DNA from: Alphaproteobacteria bacterium
Lineage (GTDB): Bacteria > Pseudomonadota > Alphaproteobacteria > MPNO01
Reading direction: 5' to 3'
DNA length: 64,000 nt
Assembly: GCA_965248835.1 (NCBI GenBank)
Contig: CBDFLJ010000002.1
Coordinates: 1,472,001 to 1,536,000, forward strand
Under the pieces are notes generated by a model that did not search any database, had not been told where the DNA came from, and saw only the letters and a list, made by a program, of their open reading frames with translations. The position numbers and the translations under genes were made by a program. Positions 10,933 to 21,491 of this stretch are shown here, in pieces (the stretch's first letter is position 1; every line of letters starts with the position of its first letter).

Positions 10933-11137
10933 TTGCGGCCGGCCGCCGTGCGGCGGCGGCGGTGCATCGAATCCGCATCGGGCCGGTCTTCGTTGGACAC
11001 GCCCGCTATGCGATCCTGACCGCGCGCGATTGCTCGGTCGTGCTCGACAACGAGGTGATCGTCGACGGTGGCAGGTTCACCGATCCGGAAACGGCGGTGT
11101 CTCGCTTATCGCACTGAAACCAACAAGGGGGAAGACG

Positions 11138-12316
11138 ATGTTCAAACGGCTCATCGCAGCAGCGGCCGGCTTGGCGGCGCTTGCCGCTGCCACCGCAACG
11201 TATGCCGCGGATCCCATCAGGATCGGGTTTTCCATCTCTAAGACAGGGCTATTCGCGCAGGCCGCGACATCCCAACTCCAGACCTACGAACTTTGGCGCG
11301 AACAGGTGAACGCCCGCGGTGGCCTCGACGTCGCCGGCACCAAACGTAATATCGAGTTCGTTTTCTACGATGACCAGTCCAACTCGGCGAAAGCGGTCCA
11401 GATCTACGAAAAGCTGATTACCGACGACAAGGTCGAGCTGCTGCTGGCTCCCTGGGGAACCTCTCTGCATTTCGCTATCGCCGGGGTCATCGAGCGCTAC
11501 AAATTCCCCGTGATCGGCAACACTGCGGCTTCGGTGCAGCTCCGCGACCTGAAAGCCGGCAATATTTGGTTCCCGACCTCTTCATTCCCGGACAAGCAGA
11601 GCGCCGAGATTGCAAAGCTGTTGAAGAGCCAGGGCGTGAAATCGGCGGCCTTGGTCACCAACCAGCTTCCGTACACCCAGGAGAACAAGAAATTCATCCT
11701 CCCCGCACTCAAGAGCGCTGGCATCAAGCTTCTCGTCAACGAAAACTACCCACCCAACATCAAGGATTTGACGCCGGTGCTCATCAAGGTGAAGAACGCC
11801 AAGCCGGATGCGGTTCTCGCTTATACTTACCCGGCCGATGCGGTGCTCTACGTCAACGGCGCCCGTGAAGTGGGCCTCAACACCAAAACCCAGGTGGTCC
11901 TGCTCGGCCCGCAATACGATTTCTTCGCCAAGATATTCGGCGTCGCGCGTAATGGGATCTTGACGATGGGCCATTGGACTCCGCTCAGGACCGATTGGCC
12001 GACCGCTAAGGCGTTCTACGATGCGTTCAGGGAACGGTGGAAAACGGACCCCGATTTTCTCGATGCGCCGCTCGTTTACATGTCCGTCGAGATCCTCGAG
12101 CAAGCCGTCGCCAACGCCGGGGCCGACCGGGATAAGCTGCGCAAGACCATCGCAACCGCGACCTTCAACACCATCAACGGCCCAGCCCGCTTCGAAGGTG
12201 TCGAGAACGTGCTTCTGCCCGCGATGATCTCGCAGATCCAGAACCAGCAGCAGCATATCGTCTGGCCGCCGGATCAGGCGACGTCAAAGGTGATTGCAAA
12301 GCCCGCTTGGAAATAG
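11138..12316 (+). CDS. Branched-chain-amino-acid-type ABC transporter substrate-binding protein
   Basis: Signal peptide; IRIGFSISKTG, VNARGGL, YDDQS and EKLITDDKV motifs. Confidence 0.85.
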   Translation: MFKRLIAAAAGLAALAAATATYAADPIRIGFSISKTGLFAQAATSQLQTYELWREQVNARGGLDVAGTKRNIEFVFYDDQSNSAKAVQIYEKLITDDKVELLLAPWGTSLHFAIAGVIERYKFPVIGNTAASVQLRDLKAGNIWFPTSSFPDKQSAEIAKLLKSQGVKSAALVTNQLPYTQENKKFILPALKSAGIKLLVNENYPPNIKDLTPVLIKVKNAKPDAVLAYTYPADAVLYVNGAREVGLNTKTQVVLLGPQYDFFAKIFGVARNGILTMGHWTPLRTDWPTAKAFYDAFRERWKTDPDFLDAPLVYMSVEILEQAVANAGADRDKLRKTIATATFNTINGPARFEGVENVLLPAMISQIQNQQQHIVWPPDQATSKVIAKPAWK

Positions 12317-12376
12317 CTTCGATTCTCGGATTTCGGGCTTGGCACCGACCGCCGACCCTTCCCGAAATCCACGCCA

Positions 12377-12570
12377 ACGGCTGAACTCCTCTCCGGTGAG
12401 CTGCTGATAGCGGCGTTGGTGCTCGCCGCGATCAACGGGATGGTGGCGCTCGGGCCAACCTGATCTACGGCACGATGCGCCTTCTCAACGTCGCCCATTG
12501 CGAGATCCCGATGCTGGGCGGGCATCTCGCCTTTTGGTCGTTCACCCTGACCGGGTCGGGGCCGGTCTAA
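12377..12570 (+). pseudogene. Remnant of a LivH-type ABC permease N-terminus
   Basis: ELLIAALVLAAINGMVALG / frameshift / NLIYGTMRLLNVAHCEIPMLGG; ACG where the ATG is expected, and an early TAA. Confidence 0.7.
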
Positions 12571-12688
12571 TCGATGTTCGGCGGTCTGATCTAAACGACG
12601 CTGTGCCGGCGAGATCGGTGAACGTGCCGCGCGTGTCGGCGGCGATCAGGAGGCTCACGCGGTCAATCGCGTCCCGGCACGGTGCGGC

Positions 12689-13669
12689 TCAGCTATCGAT
12701 TACACTTTCGTGAAACAGCGATTCCACCGGGACCGCCTCGGCGATGAGCTCCTGGTCGACCATATAGCCGATGAAGCGCTCCAGACTCGCCCGGTTGGCC
12801 GCCAACCCCGACGGCCACAGCGCGCCGTCGAAAGAACCGATGTCCTTTTCGTAGGCGTAGCGCCCGAAGGGCAGCACGGTATAGTCGTGGTCGACATAGA
12901 ACTCATAGGCCTGATCGCGCGCATCGTCCCACATGTCCATCACCGCGCGCGGCAGGTCGGGGCGGTCCGCGACCACCGACTCCTTGATCGCCATCAGGTG
13001 CATGATCGGATAGTAGCCGTATTTGTCCCAGTACTTGCGGCATTCCGCCGGCGCATCGGAGAATAGCCGCCGGGCCCGGCGGTCATGAAAAATCTGCTCG
13101 GGAGGGTGGGGGTCGATATAGGCCTCGACCTCGCCGGCCAGCAGCAGGTCCGCGCCGGTCCGCCCTTCGGGCATGCGCCTTATGTTGGTGCCGCTGCCGG
13201 TCCAGGGGATCTCCTCGGGCCGATAGGTCAGCCAGGTGACCTCGCGCCAGGGAACGCCGTATTCGGACTGCAGGTCGCCCTTGGCGAGCACCGACATGGT
13301 GACCTGGAAAGCCCAGATCGCCACCCGCCTGCCGATCAGGTCTTGCGGCCGGTCGATCCCGCCATCGGCATTCACGAAGACATGGTTCTGGCTGAACAGC
13401 CGGCGCGGGGCGACCGGCACGGCGGTCAGCGGCACCCCCCTCTGGCGGGCCATGATATAGGAGGCCAGCGAGACCTCGGCGATGTCGAACTCGAGATCGA
13501 CCAGCGCGCGGCGATGCCGGTCCACCCCGTCGCGGCGCGGCGGCACCATGCCGACTTCCAGCGGCGCGAGCGTGATGCCCTCGGGCGGCTTGACCAACCC
13601 CATGAAGAACGGGATATGCCGGTCGTAGCGCTCCAACGCAATGGTCAAGGTGCGATCGGCCATGGCCAT
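12689..13669 (-). CDS. Second 4,5-dihydroxyphthalate decarboxylase-like protein
   Basis: LERYDRH, EFDIAEVSLASY, DLIGRRV and YYPIMH motifs. Confidence 0.72.
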   Translation of the reverse strand: MAMADRTLTIALERYDRHIPFFMGLVKPPEGITLAPLEVGMVPPRRDGVDRHRRALVDLEFDIAEVSLASYIMARQRGVPLTAVPVAPRRLFSQNHVFVNADGGIDRPQDLIGRRVAIWAFQVTMSVLAKGDLQSEYGVPWREVTWLTYRPEEIPWTGSGTNIRRMPEGRTGADLLLAGEVEAYIDPHPPEQIFHDRRARRLFSDAPAECRKYWDKYGYYPIMHLMAIKESVVADRPDLPRAVMDMWDDARDQAYEFYVDHDYTVLPFGRYAYEKDIGSFDGALWPSGLAANRASLERFIGYMVDQELIAEAVPVESLFHESVIDS

Positions 13670-14129
13670 AGTTTCCCCCGTTTTGGGCCACCGTCCGGCA
13701 CCCTGGATGATGGCTTCGGAAGCCGACGATCGGCTCTTCCGCGAACCTGCCGCGCTCCCACGTTCGTCTCCTATGCCGCGACTATGCTGGGACGGCGTCT
13801 ACACCACGGCAGCGGAAATTCGGCTAACCCTATCAGGTGCCTTTCCGGTCCACGATCCCGATTATCGCTCGCCAGGGAAAGCTTGACCCTCTCTCCCCGC
13901 AGATCATGGTCGCTGACAACCCCCTCGCCGAGCTTGTCAGCCGCAGTTCGAACGCGGCTTCGGGCAGGTCTTCGCCTGTCGCGTGTACGATGCCGGACTC
14001 CGTGATCTCGTAACCACCGGCACACGCCGCCGTAAGGATCTCCCTCATCCTGTTCCGAGGCGCTTGCCGATCTCGGGATCGACCCGAAGCTCGACGGTAT
14101 CGAATTTCTCGCGTTCGTCGGAGAGCCTT

Positions 14130-14337
14130 GCGAGGATGGTGCGCCGCGGCTGCCACATCATCTTCCAATTGGCCGAGGTCGCGGAAAAGCCGCGGTTGAG
14201 TGCGATGATACCGCCGTCGGCGAGGGGCCGGGAGGCAGCGAAGCATCCCGAATCGGTCCATCAACTTTGAAATTGCCGCCGACGCTCCGGACGGCTAGGC
14301 TGATAGCTGGAATCGACGGTCATCCGGGGAATGTCGG
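14130..14337 (+). mobile_element. IS1380-family remnant (transposase C-terminus and right end)
   Basis: ARMVRRGCHIIFQLAEVA resembles the IS1380 transposase tail (A.VVRHGRY..FQ.AEVA); ends with GTCATCCGGGGAATGTCGG. Confidence 0.62.
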
Positions 14338-14386
14338 TTAGGCAAGGTCACGCGGGTTGCCTCCGGCCGATTTTGCGCCACGCTTG

Positions 14387-14416
14387 ATCGGTCGACACAG
14401 CATCGGTCGACACAGC
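14387..14416. repeat. Perfect 15-bp tandem duplication ATCGGTCGACACAGC x2
   Basis: Directly visible upstream of the NCS2 permease. Confidence 0.9.
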
Positions 14417-14487
14417 GGCGCCGGGTGAAGCTGACATCAGGATCCCGGATCCGACAGTATGGGGCTCAAAAACCGAAGAGGACGATC

Positions 14488-15852
14488 ATGTCCGACGAAA
14501 ACCAATCGAGAGATCCTGAATACAATCCGCCGCTGCGGGAGGCGGTACCGCTCGGTATACAGCACGTCCTGGCGATGTTCGCAGGCAATATCACTGTCCC
14601 TCTGATCGTTGCGCTGGCTGCCGGGCCGCAATACATAACCGTCCTGGTACAAATTGCCTTGCTCGCCGCCGGCGTGGCGACGCTGATCCAGACCGTCGGG
14701 ATCGGGCCTATCGGCGCACGATTGCCCATCGTTCAGGGAACGAGCTTCGCCTATATCGGTATCCTCACGGGAGCCCTCAAAGGCGGCGCAACGCTTGCCG
14801 CGGTGTTTGGCGCATCGCTGATCGGCGGGTTGTTCCAGATCGTCCTCGGATACTTCATTCCGCAAATCCGCAAGTTCATTCCCACCCTGGTTTCCGGCGT
14901 CGTGGTGATGACCATCGGCTTCACCCTGCTGCCCGTCGGCATCAAGTATTCCGCCGGATGCGGCGCTTATCCCGCTCCGTTCTGCAAGGCCGGAGGGTTC
15001 GGCGACGGCTCGAACTGGCTGCTCGCGTTGTTCGTCATCGTCATCACATTGGTGATTCGACGCTACGGCAAGGGAATCTGGTCGACGGCCTCGATCTTCA
15101 CGGGGCTGGTGATCGGCTACATCGTCGCGATCCCGCTGGGCATGATGAGCAGCAGGAGCGTCGAAGCCATCGGCAAGGCAAGTTGGATCGGCTTGCCGGA
15201 CACCTATTTCGGGCTCGAATTCACAACCCCCGCAGCCATCGGTTTGATCGGGCTGATGTGCATCATGGCTTTCATCACCACGATTGAAACGGTCGGTGAT
15301 ATTTCGGGTGTGACCATGGGCGGCGCGGATCGCGAGCCGACCGACAGGGAGCTAAAGGGCGGCATCATGGCTGACGGCCTGGGCTCCGCGCTCGTCGCGC
15401 TGTTCGGCGGTCTACCCAACACGTCGTACAGCCAAAATGTCGGCCTGATCGCCTACACGAAGGTGATGAGCAGGCATGTCGTGACGATTGGCGCGATTTT
15501 CCTGATCTTGTGCGGCCTTCTGCCGAAACTTGCGGCTGTGATCGGCGCGATGCCGCAGCCGGTGCTCGGTGGCGCGGCGATCGTAATGTTCGGCATGATC
15601 GTGGCTGCGGGCATGAAACTTGTGGGCCAATCCGGTTTCACGACCCGCAATATGATGATCGTCGCAATTTCGCTCGGCCTCGGTATCGGCCTCTGGCAGG
15701 TGAACCAGTTGGCCGGCCTTGCGAAATTCGGCCCACTGCCGACAGAGGCACTGCCGAGTTGGTCACTGCCGCTGTTCGTTTCCGGGATCGTTGTCTCGGG
15801 TATTGCCGCGGCAATCCTGAATGCGGTCATACCACAGGAAGAAACGAACTGA
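14488..15852 (+). CDS. NCS2-family nucleobase (xanthine/uric acid/uracil) permease
   Basis: GIQHVLAMF, LPIVQGTSF, ETVGD and the NAT signature SQNVGLIAYTKVMSR. Confidence 0.92.
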   Translation: MSDENQSRDPEYNPPLREAVPLGIQHVLAMFAGNITVPLIVALAAGPQYITVLVQIALLAAGVATLIQTVGIGPIGARLPIVQGTSFAYIGILTGALKGGATLAAVFGASLIGGLFQIVLGYFIPQIRKFIPTLVSGVVVMTIGFTLLPVGIKYSAGCGAYPAPFCKAGGFGDGSNWLLALFVIVITLVIRRYGKGIWSTASIFTGLVIGYIVAIPLGMMSSRSVEAIGKASWIGLPDTYFGLEFTTPAAIGLIGLMCIMAFITTIETVGDISGVTMGGADREPTDRELKGGIMADGLGSALVALFGGLPNTSYSQNVGLIAYTKVMSRHVVTIGAIFLILCGLLPKLAAVIGAMPQPVLGGAAIVMFGMIVAAGMKLVGQSGFTTRNMMIVAISLGLGIGLWQVNQLAGLAKFGPLPTEALPSWSLPLFVSGIVVSGIAAAILNAVIPQEETN

Positions 15853-16300
15853 GGCGCTTCTCGATTCCTGCGTTTGAAAGGGTCAGCCGTTTAGCGGTCT
15901 ATGCCGATAGTCGCCCGCTCCAGGCCACTGGCTTTCTCGCCGCATGCGCGATCAAGCCCTCCAGCACGGCATATGCGGACCACGGGCCAAGACCCTGAAG
16001 CGGCCGGTATTTGAAGTATCTTCAAAATGCCGGCCGCGCGAGGAATGGCATGACATTGCACCCTTCGATCGCGCGTTCAAGCTCTGACCGGGCCGATACC
16101 GGGTAACCGCTCCCCCTGCCCCGTCCGGTTCGACCTTTCACTGCGGCAGCCGGTCCGAAGCGGGCTTGGCCCGCCGAACCATCATCGTATCGCCGGCAAG
16201 CAGAATGGGCCGGTCCAAGCCGAGCCGATTGGAACTTGCCGCACCGCCGCCGTGCCCGATAATGGCGCCCGAGCGAAAGCGCATGACGGGGAGACGGAAA

Positions 16301-17656
16301 GTGGCGGGATCGGTGAAGACGGGGATGGTGTCCTATTTCGCGGCCTCCGAGGCGTTCGCCGACGGCGGCGACAGCCCGCGGGATTTCCTCGAGCGCTGCA
16401 TTGCCGCGATCGAAGCGGTCGAGCCCGATGTGGGCGCGTTCGTTGCAACCAACTTCGAGGGAGCGCGTGAAGCGGCCGATGCGAGCGGGACGCGTTGGAA
16501 GGCGGGCACCCCGCTTTCGGCGATCGACGGCATGCCGGTCGGCATCAAGGACATCATGGAGACCTTCGACATGGTCACCGAGCAGGGCTCGCCCCTGTTC
16601 GAAGGCTGGCAGGACAAGCGCGACGCGGCTGCGGTCGCGGCGCTCCGCGAGGCCGGTGCGGTGATCATCGGCAAGACCGTGACCACCGAGTTCGCCTCCA
16701 CCCACCCCCGCGGCACCCGCAACCCGTTCGACCTGGCGCGCACCCCGGGCGGCTCGAGCAGCGGCTCGGCCGCGGCGGTGGCGACCGGCATGGTGCCCGC
16801 GGCGCTCGGCACCCAGGTGATCGGCTCGACCGTGCGGCCGGCAAGTTTTTGCGGCTGCTTCGGCTACAAGCCCAGCGTCGGCGGCATCAACCGCGGCGGC
16901 AGCTTCGATGAATTCAGCCAGAGCTGCACCGGCACGATCGCAGCCACGCTCGCCGAGACCTGGTCGGTTGCCCGCGAGATCGCGGCACGCGCAGGCGGTG
17001 ATCCGGGCTATCCGGGCATCATGGGGCCGCTGGAGCTTCCGGCGGCGGTGACGCCGAGCGCGGTCGTAATGCTGGAGACCGCCGGCTGGTCGAAGGCCGG
17101 CGAAGAGGCAAAGGCCCAGCTCGCGGACGCACGCGGCAAGATCGAGGCCGCGGGCATCGCGGTCGCCGACCGCCACACGAACGAGATCGTCGCTGCGGCC
17201 GAGGATGCGATCGCCGTTGCGCATGCGCTGTCGATGCGTATCAACACTTGGGAAGGGCGCTGGCCCTTGAACACCTATGCCAGGGACATGGACCGGGCGG
17301 GGCTGAGCCAGGCGGCCCAGGAAAGGCTGGAAGCGGCCGAAGCGATGACCCAGGAGGAGTTCGCGGGCCTTCTTGCCCAGCGCGACCGTGCCCGGGCGGC
17401 CTATGCCCGGCTCAGCGAGGTCGGTGCGGTCTGTTTCACGTTGGCGGCGCCCGGTGCCGCGCCGGTGGGGCTGGGCTGGACCGGCGATCCGATATTCGTG
17501 GTGGCGGCCTCGTTTCTGGGAACGCCCGCGATGTCGCTTCCGGTGCTCGCGGCGGAATCGCTGCCGCTGGGTCTGCAGATCATCGGATTCGTTAACCAGG
17601 ATGCGGCGATGTTCGCCGCAGCGGGCGGAATCCTCCCGCTTTTTCCGGCGCCGTAG
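16301..17656 (+). CDS. Amidase-signature family protein
   Basis: GIKD, GKTVTTEFA, TPGGSSSGSAAAVA and GTQVIGSTVRPAS motifs; start uncertain (GTG after GGGGAG). Confidence 0.87.
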   Translation: MAGSVKTGMVSYFAASEAFADGGDSPRDFLERCIAAIEAVEPDVGAFVATNFEGAREAADASGTRWKAGTPLSAIDGMPVGIKDIMETFDMVTEQGSPLFEGWQDKRDAAAVAALREAGAVIIGKTVTTEFASTHPRGTRNPFDLARTPGGSSSGSAAAVATGMVPAALGTQVIGSTVRPASFCGCFGYKPSVGGINRGGSFDEFSQSCTGTIAATLAETWSVAREIAARAGGDPGYPGIMGPLELPAAVTPSAVVMLETAGWSKAGEEAKAQLADARGKIEAAGIAVADRHTNEIVAAAEDAIAVAHALSMRINTWEGRWPLNTYARDMDRAGLSQAAQERLEAAEAMTQEEFAGLLAQRDRARAAYARLSEVGAVCFTLAAPGAAPVGLGWTGDPIFVVAASFLGTPAMSLPVLAAESLPLGLQIIGFVNQDAAMFAAAGGILPLFPAP

Positions 17657-17753
17657 CGAACGACCTTGATTCTATGCCTTGCCGGGCAAAGCGCGCTGTG
17701 ATAGCGCTCGAAATTCAACGGTGAAGCTGCGATGTGTGGAAGGGAGAGTTTCG

Positions 17754-18782
17754 ATGACGCAAAGACTGTTAGGATCTGCCGGTGCGCTGATGCTGGCCGT
17801 CGGCCTGGTGCTGACCAGCGCAATGGCGACGGCGCAGACGAAAATCCGCTTGACGCTCGACTGGATCCCCCAGTCGCCGCACGCCATCCACTTCATCCCG
17901 CAATATAACGGCGCATACAAGGCCGCGGGTCTGGACGTGTCGATCGACGCCGGGCGTGGGTCGGCCGACGCCGTACGCAAGCTGGTCAGCGGCACCCATG
18001 ACATCGGGCTGGCCGACATCAACGCCTTGATCCAGTACAACGCCATGAATCCCGGCAAAGAGATCAAGGTCGTCATGATGATGTACGAGCAGCCGCCGTT
18101 CTCGATCTTCGTCATGAAAAACTCCGGCATCACCCATCCCCGCCAGCTCGTCGGCAAGACGCTCGGCGCGCCGGTCTTCGATGCCAGCTACAAGCTGTTC
18201 CCGGCCTTTGCGAAGGCGGTCGGCATCGACCACACGGCGGTGAAGCGCAAGAACATGGATCCGCGGCTGCGCGAGGTGATGCTGCTGCGCGGCGAGGTCG
18301 ATGCGATCTCAGGGCATTTCTTCTCCTCGCTGATCAACATCAAGGCCGCGGGCTACAAGGAATCCGACGTCCGCTATTTCCTCTATGGCGACCACGGCAT
18401 GGAATCCTACGCCAACGGGGTCGCGGTGCGCCCGGAATTCCTGACGAAGAATCCCGATGCGGTTCGCAAATTCGTCAAGGCGACGATCGACGGCGCACGC
18501 GAGATGGTCCTTAACCCGAAGGCAGCGGTCGCCTCGGCGAAGAAGTTCGAGCCTCTGCTGAACGAGAAGGCCGAGGCCGATCGGCTCGAGCTCACGCTGC
18601 GTTGCTGCCTGCTGACCCCGGAGGTCAGGAAGAACGGCTACGGCGACGTTGACATGGTCCGGCTGCAGCGCTCGATCGATCAGGCCGCCCTGGCCTATGG
18701 GCTCGAGAAGACGCCGAAGGCCGAGGACATGTTCCAGGAAGGCTATCTGCCGCCCATGGCAGAGCGCTTCATCCACAAGTAG
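17754..18782 (+). CDS. NitT/TauT (NMT1/THI5-like) ABC substrate-binding protein
   Basis: Signal peptide; LTLDW, GLDVSIDAGRGS and LVGKTLGAP motifs. Confidence 0.87.
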   Translation: MTQRLLGSAGALMLAVGLVLTSAMATAQTKIRLTLDWIPQSPHAIHFIPQYNGAYKAAGLDVSIDAGRGSADAVRKLVSGTHDIGLADINALIQYNAMNPGKEIKVVMMMYEQPPFSIFVMKNSGITHPRQLVGKTLGAPVFDASYKLFPAFAKAVGIDHTAVKRKNMDPRLREVMLLRGEVDAISGHFFSSLINIKAAGYKESDVRYFLYGDHGMESYANGVAVRPEFLTKNPDAVRKFVKATIDGAREMVLNPKAAVASAKKFEPLLNEKAEADRLELTLRCCLLTPEVRKNGYGDVDMVRLQRSIDQAALAYGLEKTPKAEDMFQEGYLPPMAERFIHK

Positions 18783-18836
18783 CGGGACCGCGGACGGGGG
18801 CGGGCCGGCGCGGGACCGCCCTGCCGCGATGACGAA

Positions 18837-19640
18837 ATGAGCTTCATCGAGATCGACGATGTCGACCTCGTCTACCGCAACAGCGACGGTAGAGAGGACG
18901 ACGCGGGCACACTTGCCCTGTCCGGCACCAGCCTCCGGATGGACAAGGGCGACTTCATCTCGCTGGTCGGGCCGAGCGGGTGCGGTAAATCGACCCTGCT
19001 CAAGGTCGTCGCCGGCCTGATCCGGGCCAACAAGGGCCGGGTCGTGGTCGCCGGCAATGAGGTGGACCAGCCGCTCAAGATCGTCGGCATGGCGTTTCAG
19101 AACGCAACGCTTCTGCCCTGGCGGTCGACGCGGGAGAACGTGCTGCTGCCGCTGGAGATCGTCGAGCCGCACCGCCGGAACTTCCGCAGGGACAAGGCCA
19201 AATACGAGGCGATGGCCGACGAGCTTCTGGCGACCGTGGGGCTCGACGGGTTCGGCGACCGGGCGCCGTGGCAGCTTTCGGGCGGCATGCAGCAGCGCGC
19301 CCAGCTCTGCCGCGCGCTGGTGCACGAGCCGGACCTGCTGCTGCTCGACGAGCCGTTCGGCGCACTCGATGCGTTCACCCGCGAGGAGCTCTGGGACGTC
19401 CTGCAGGACCTCTATCTTGCGCGCAAATGCACCATCATGCTGGTCACCCACGACCTGCGCGAGGCGGTCTATCTGGCGGACAAGGTCTTCGTGATGAGCG
19501 CGCGGCCTGGTCGGGTGATCCTCGAACGCACGATCGGGCTCGAGCGGCCGCGGACCCTGGAGACGATGTATCAGCGCGAGATCGTCGAACTCGTCCAGGA
19601 CCTCAGGCATCACATCAACGTGGCGAGATCCGATCAATGA
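18837..19640 (+). CDS. NitT/TauT ABC transporter ATP-binding protein
   Basis: GPSGCGKST, LSGGMQQR and LLLDEPFGALD motifs. Confidence 0.93.
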   Translation: MSFIEIDDVDLVYRNSDGREDDAGTLALSGTSLRMDKGDFISLVGPSGCGKSTLLKVVAGLIRANKGRVVVAGNEVDQPLKIVGMAFQNATLLPWRSTRENVLLPLEIVEPHRRNFRRDKAKYEAMADELLATVGLDGFGDRAPWQLSGGMQQRAQLCRALVHEPDLLLLDEPFGALDAFTREELWDVLQDLYLARKCTIMLVTHDLREAVYLADKVFVMSARPGRVILERTIGLERPRTLETMYQREIVELVQDLRHHINVARSDQ

Positions 19641-20416
19641 AAAGCAGGACCGTCGAGCTGGCTTCGCCGTGGCTGGTGATGGCCGTGCTGATCCTCATCT
19701 GGGAAGCGGGCGTGCGCATCTTCGATGTCCCGGCGGTGGTCCTGCCCACCGCGTCGGCCTCGTTCTACGCGATCTGGGAGTTTCGCGTCGGGCTGTGGGA
19801 CAACGCCTGGCCGACACTGGTCTCGACCCTGCTCGGTTTCGGGATCGCGGTGGTTGTCGGCATCGTGCTCGGCGTGGCTATCGGAATCTCCCGGTCGATC
19901 TACGCCGCGCTCTATCCGCTCCTGGTTGCCTTCAACTCCATCCCCAAGGTCGCGATTGTGCCGATCCTGATGGTCTGGTTCGGCATCGGTACGCTCACCA
20001 ACGTGATCACCGCCTTCATCCTGTGCTTCTTCCCGATCGTGGTGAACGTCGCGGTGGCGCTGGCGACCATCGAGCCCGAGCTCAAGGACGTGCTGCGCGC
20101 GCTGGGAGCGCACGAGCGCGACATCGTGCTCAAGATCGGCATCCCGCGCTCGCTGCCCTACCTGTTCGCCTCGCTCAAGATCGCGATCACGCTGGCCTTC
20201 GTCGGCGCGGTGATCGCCGAGACGGTGGCCGGCGGCCGCGGAATCGGCCATCTGATGCTGCAGGCGAGCTCGAACTTCAACATCGCGTTGATGATCGCGG
20301 GACTCATCGTGATCGCGGTGATGGCGATCGGCATGTACGCCATCTTTGCGGTCATGGACCAGCGCTTCACCGGCTGGGCCACCCGCGACATGAACTACGC
20401 CACCGCCGGCGGCTAG
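19637..20416 (+). CDS. NitT/TauT ABC transporter permease
   Basis: Hydrophobic; SIPKVAIVP, FFPIVVN and SLPYLFASLK motifs. Confidence 0.9.
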   Translation: MKSRTVELASPWLVMAVLILIWEAGVRIFDVPAVVLPTASASFYAIWEFRVGLWDNAWPTLVSTLLGFGIAVVVGIVLGVAIGISRSIYAALYPLLVAFNSIPKVAIVPILMVWFGIGTLTNVITAFILCFFPIVVNVAVALATIEPELKDVLRALGAHERDIVLKIGIPRSLPYLFASLKIAITLAFVGAVIAETVAGGRGIGHLMLQASSNFNIALMIAGLIVIAVMAIGMYAIFAVMDQRFTGWATRDMNYATAGG

Positions 20417-20422
20417 CGCATC

Positions 20423-20824
20423 TCAGTCCTCGCCGGCGCCGACCACCCCTACGGCCTCGATCTCGACCAGGGCGTCGGGCTTGAACAGATGCGAGACGCA
20501 GACCAGCGTCGAGCACGGGAAATCGCCGGTGAAGAACTCTCGCCGGGCCTTCCAGACGTCGGGCTGATAGCGCATGTCGGTCAGGAAGACGGTGATCTTG
20601 GCGATGTCGTTCATCTTGCCGCCGGCCGCCTCGATCAGCGCCTTCATGTAGGAAAACGCGGTCTTCGCCTGTATGTAGGCATCGCTCTTGCCGATGATCT
20701 CCAGGTTCTCGTCCCACGCGATCAGCCCCGAGATGAACACCTGATCGCCGACCTTCTTGCAGTTCGACAACGAGCCCGGCTCGAGCTCCGGGACTTCGGG
20801 ACTGCGGATCCTTTCGAACTTCAT
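20423..20824 (-). CDS. Rid/YjgF-family protein lacking the catalytic Arg
   Basis: VFISG, KITVFLTD, FPCSTLV and LVEIEAV motifs. Confidence 0.85.
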   Translation of the reverse strand: MKFERIRSPEVPELEPGSLSNCKKVGDQVFISGLIAWDENLEIIGKSDAYIQAKTAFSYMKALIEAAGGKMNDIAKITVFLTDMRYQPDVWKARREFFTGDFPCSTLVCVSHLFKPDALVEIEAVGVVGAGED

Positions 20825-20922
20825 GACATTCCTGCCTATCCTTGCTGCCTTACCGCCCTTGGTGGCGGTCTCGGGAAGATAGCCCAACCGGCCGGACCGA
20901 TACGATCGGAATGGGACAGGCT

Positions 20923-21491
20923 CTAACGGAGATGCCCGCCGTCGCGGTAGAAACGACGGACGGCGGCCTGGTAGCGCCGCAGTACGGGGAGAGGAACGTC
21001 TCGCCGGCTCCGGCCCCCGTGCGGGCCTGGTCGAGTCCGGTCAGCTTGCCCTCGCGGACGATCTCGCGACCGCCAGCGACGACCGAGCGAATGTGGTGGC
21101 GGCAGGCGCGGCCGAGCAGAATGTCGATCTCATCGATGCGGTCCTCGATCACGTCGTGTGATATCGCTTTGTAATCCAGGACCATGAGGTCGGCCGCCGC
21201 GCCCGCATCGATCTCGCCGTACGGGCCGCGCCCGCCGACGGCTTCCGCGCCGCTGCGCATCGCGGCGGCGAACAGACGCTCGGGCGTCAGGACCGTGTCG
21301 AACGAACGCCCTGCGTGCAGTCGATAGGTCAGGCGCAGCTCGCGCAACGCATCGTCGTCGTCATCCAGCGACAGCGCATCGATACCGATCGCGATCCGCA
21401 CGCCGTTCTCGATCATTGTCTCCACGGGCGCGATCCCCGAGCGCAGCCGCAGGTTGGAGCTGGTGTTGAGCACCGCCGTCACACCCCGTTC
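20923..21491 (-). pseudogene. 5'-truncated amidohydrolase (cytosine/adenosine deaminase-related), also frameshifted near its 3' end
   Basis: ERGVTAVLNTSSNLRLRSGIAP, AIGID and GAAADLMVLD are C-terminal-half motifs only. The apparent native tail LPVLRRYQAAVRRFYRDGGHLR* is in another frame. Confidence 0.75.

Noticed and set aside
14340-14487. Possible purine or xanthine riboswitch before the NCS2 permease
   Set aside because: No recognisable consensus; an Rfam scan would be needed to exclude it formally.
16046-16060. Sigma54-like TGGCATGACATTGCA
   Set aside because: GG-to-GC spacing is 9 nt rather than the required 10.
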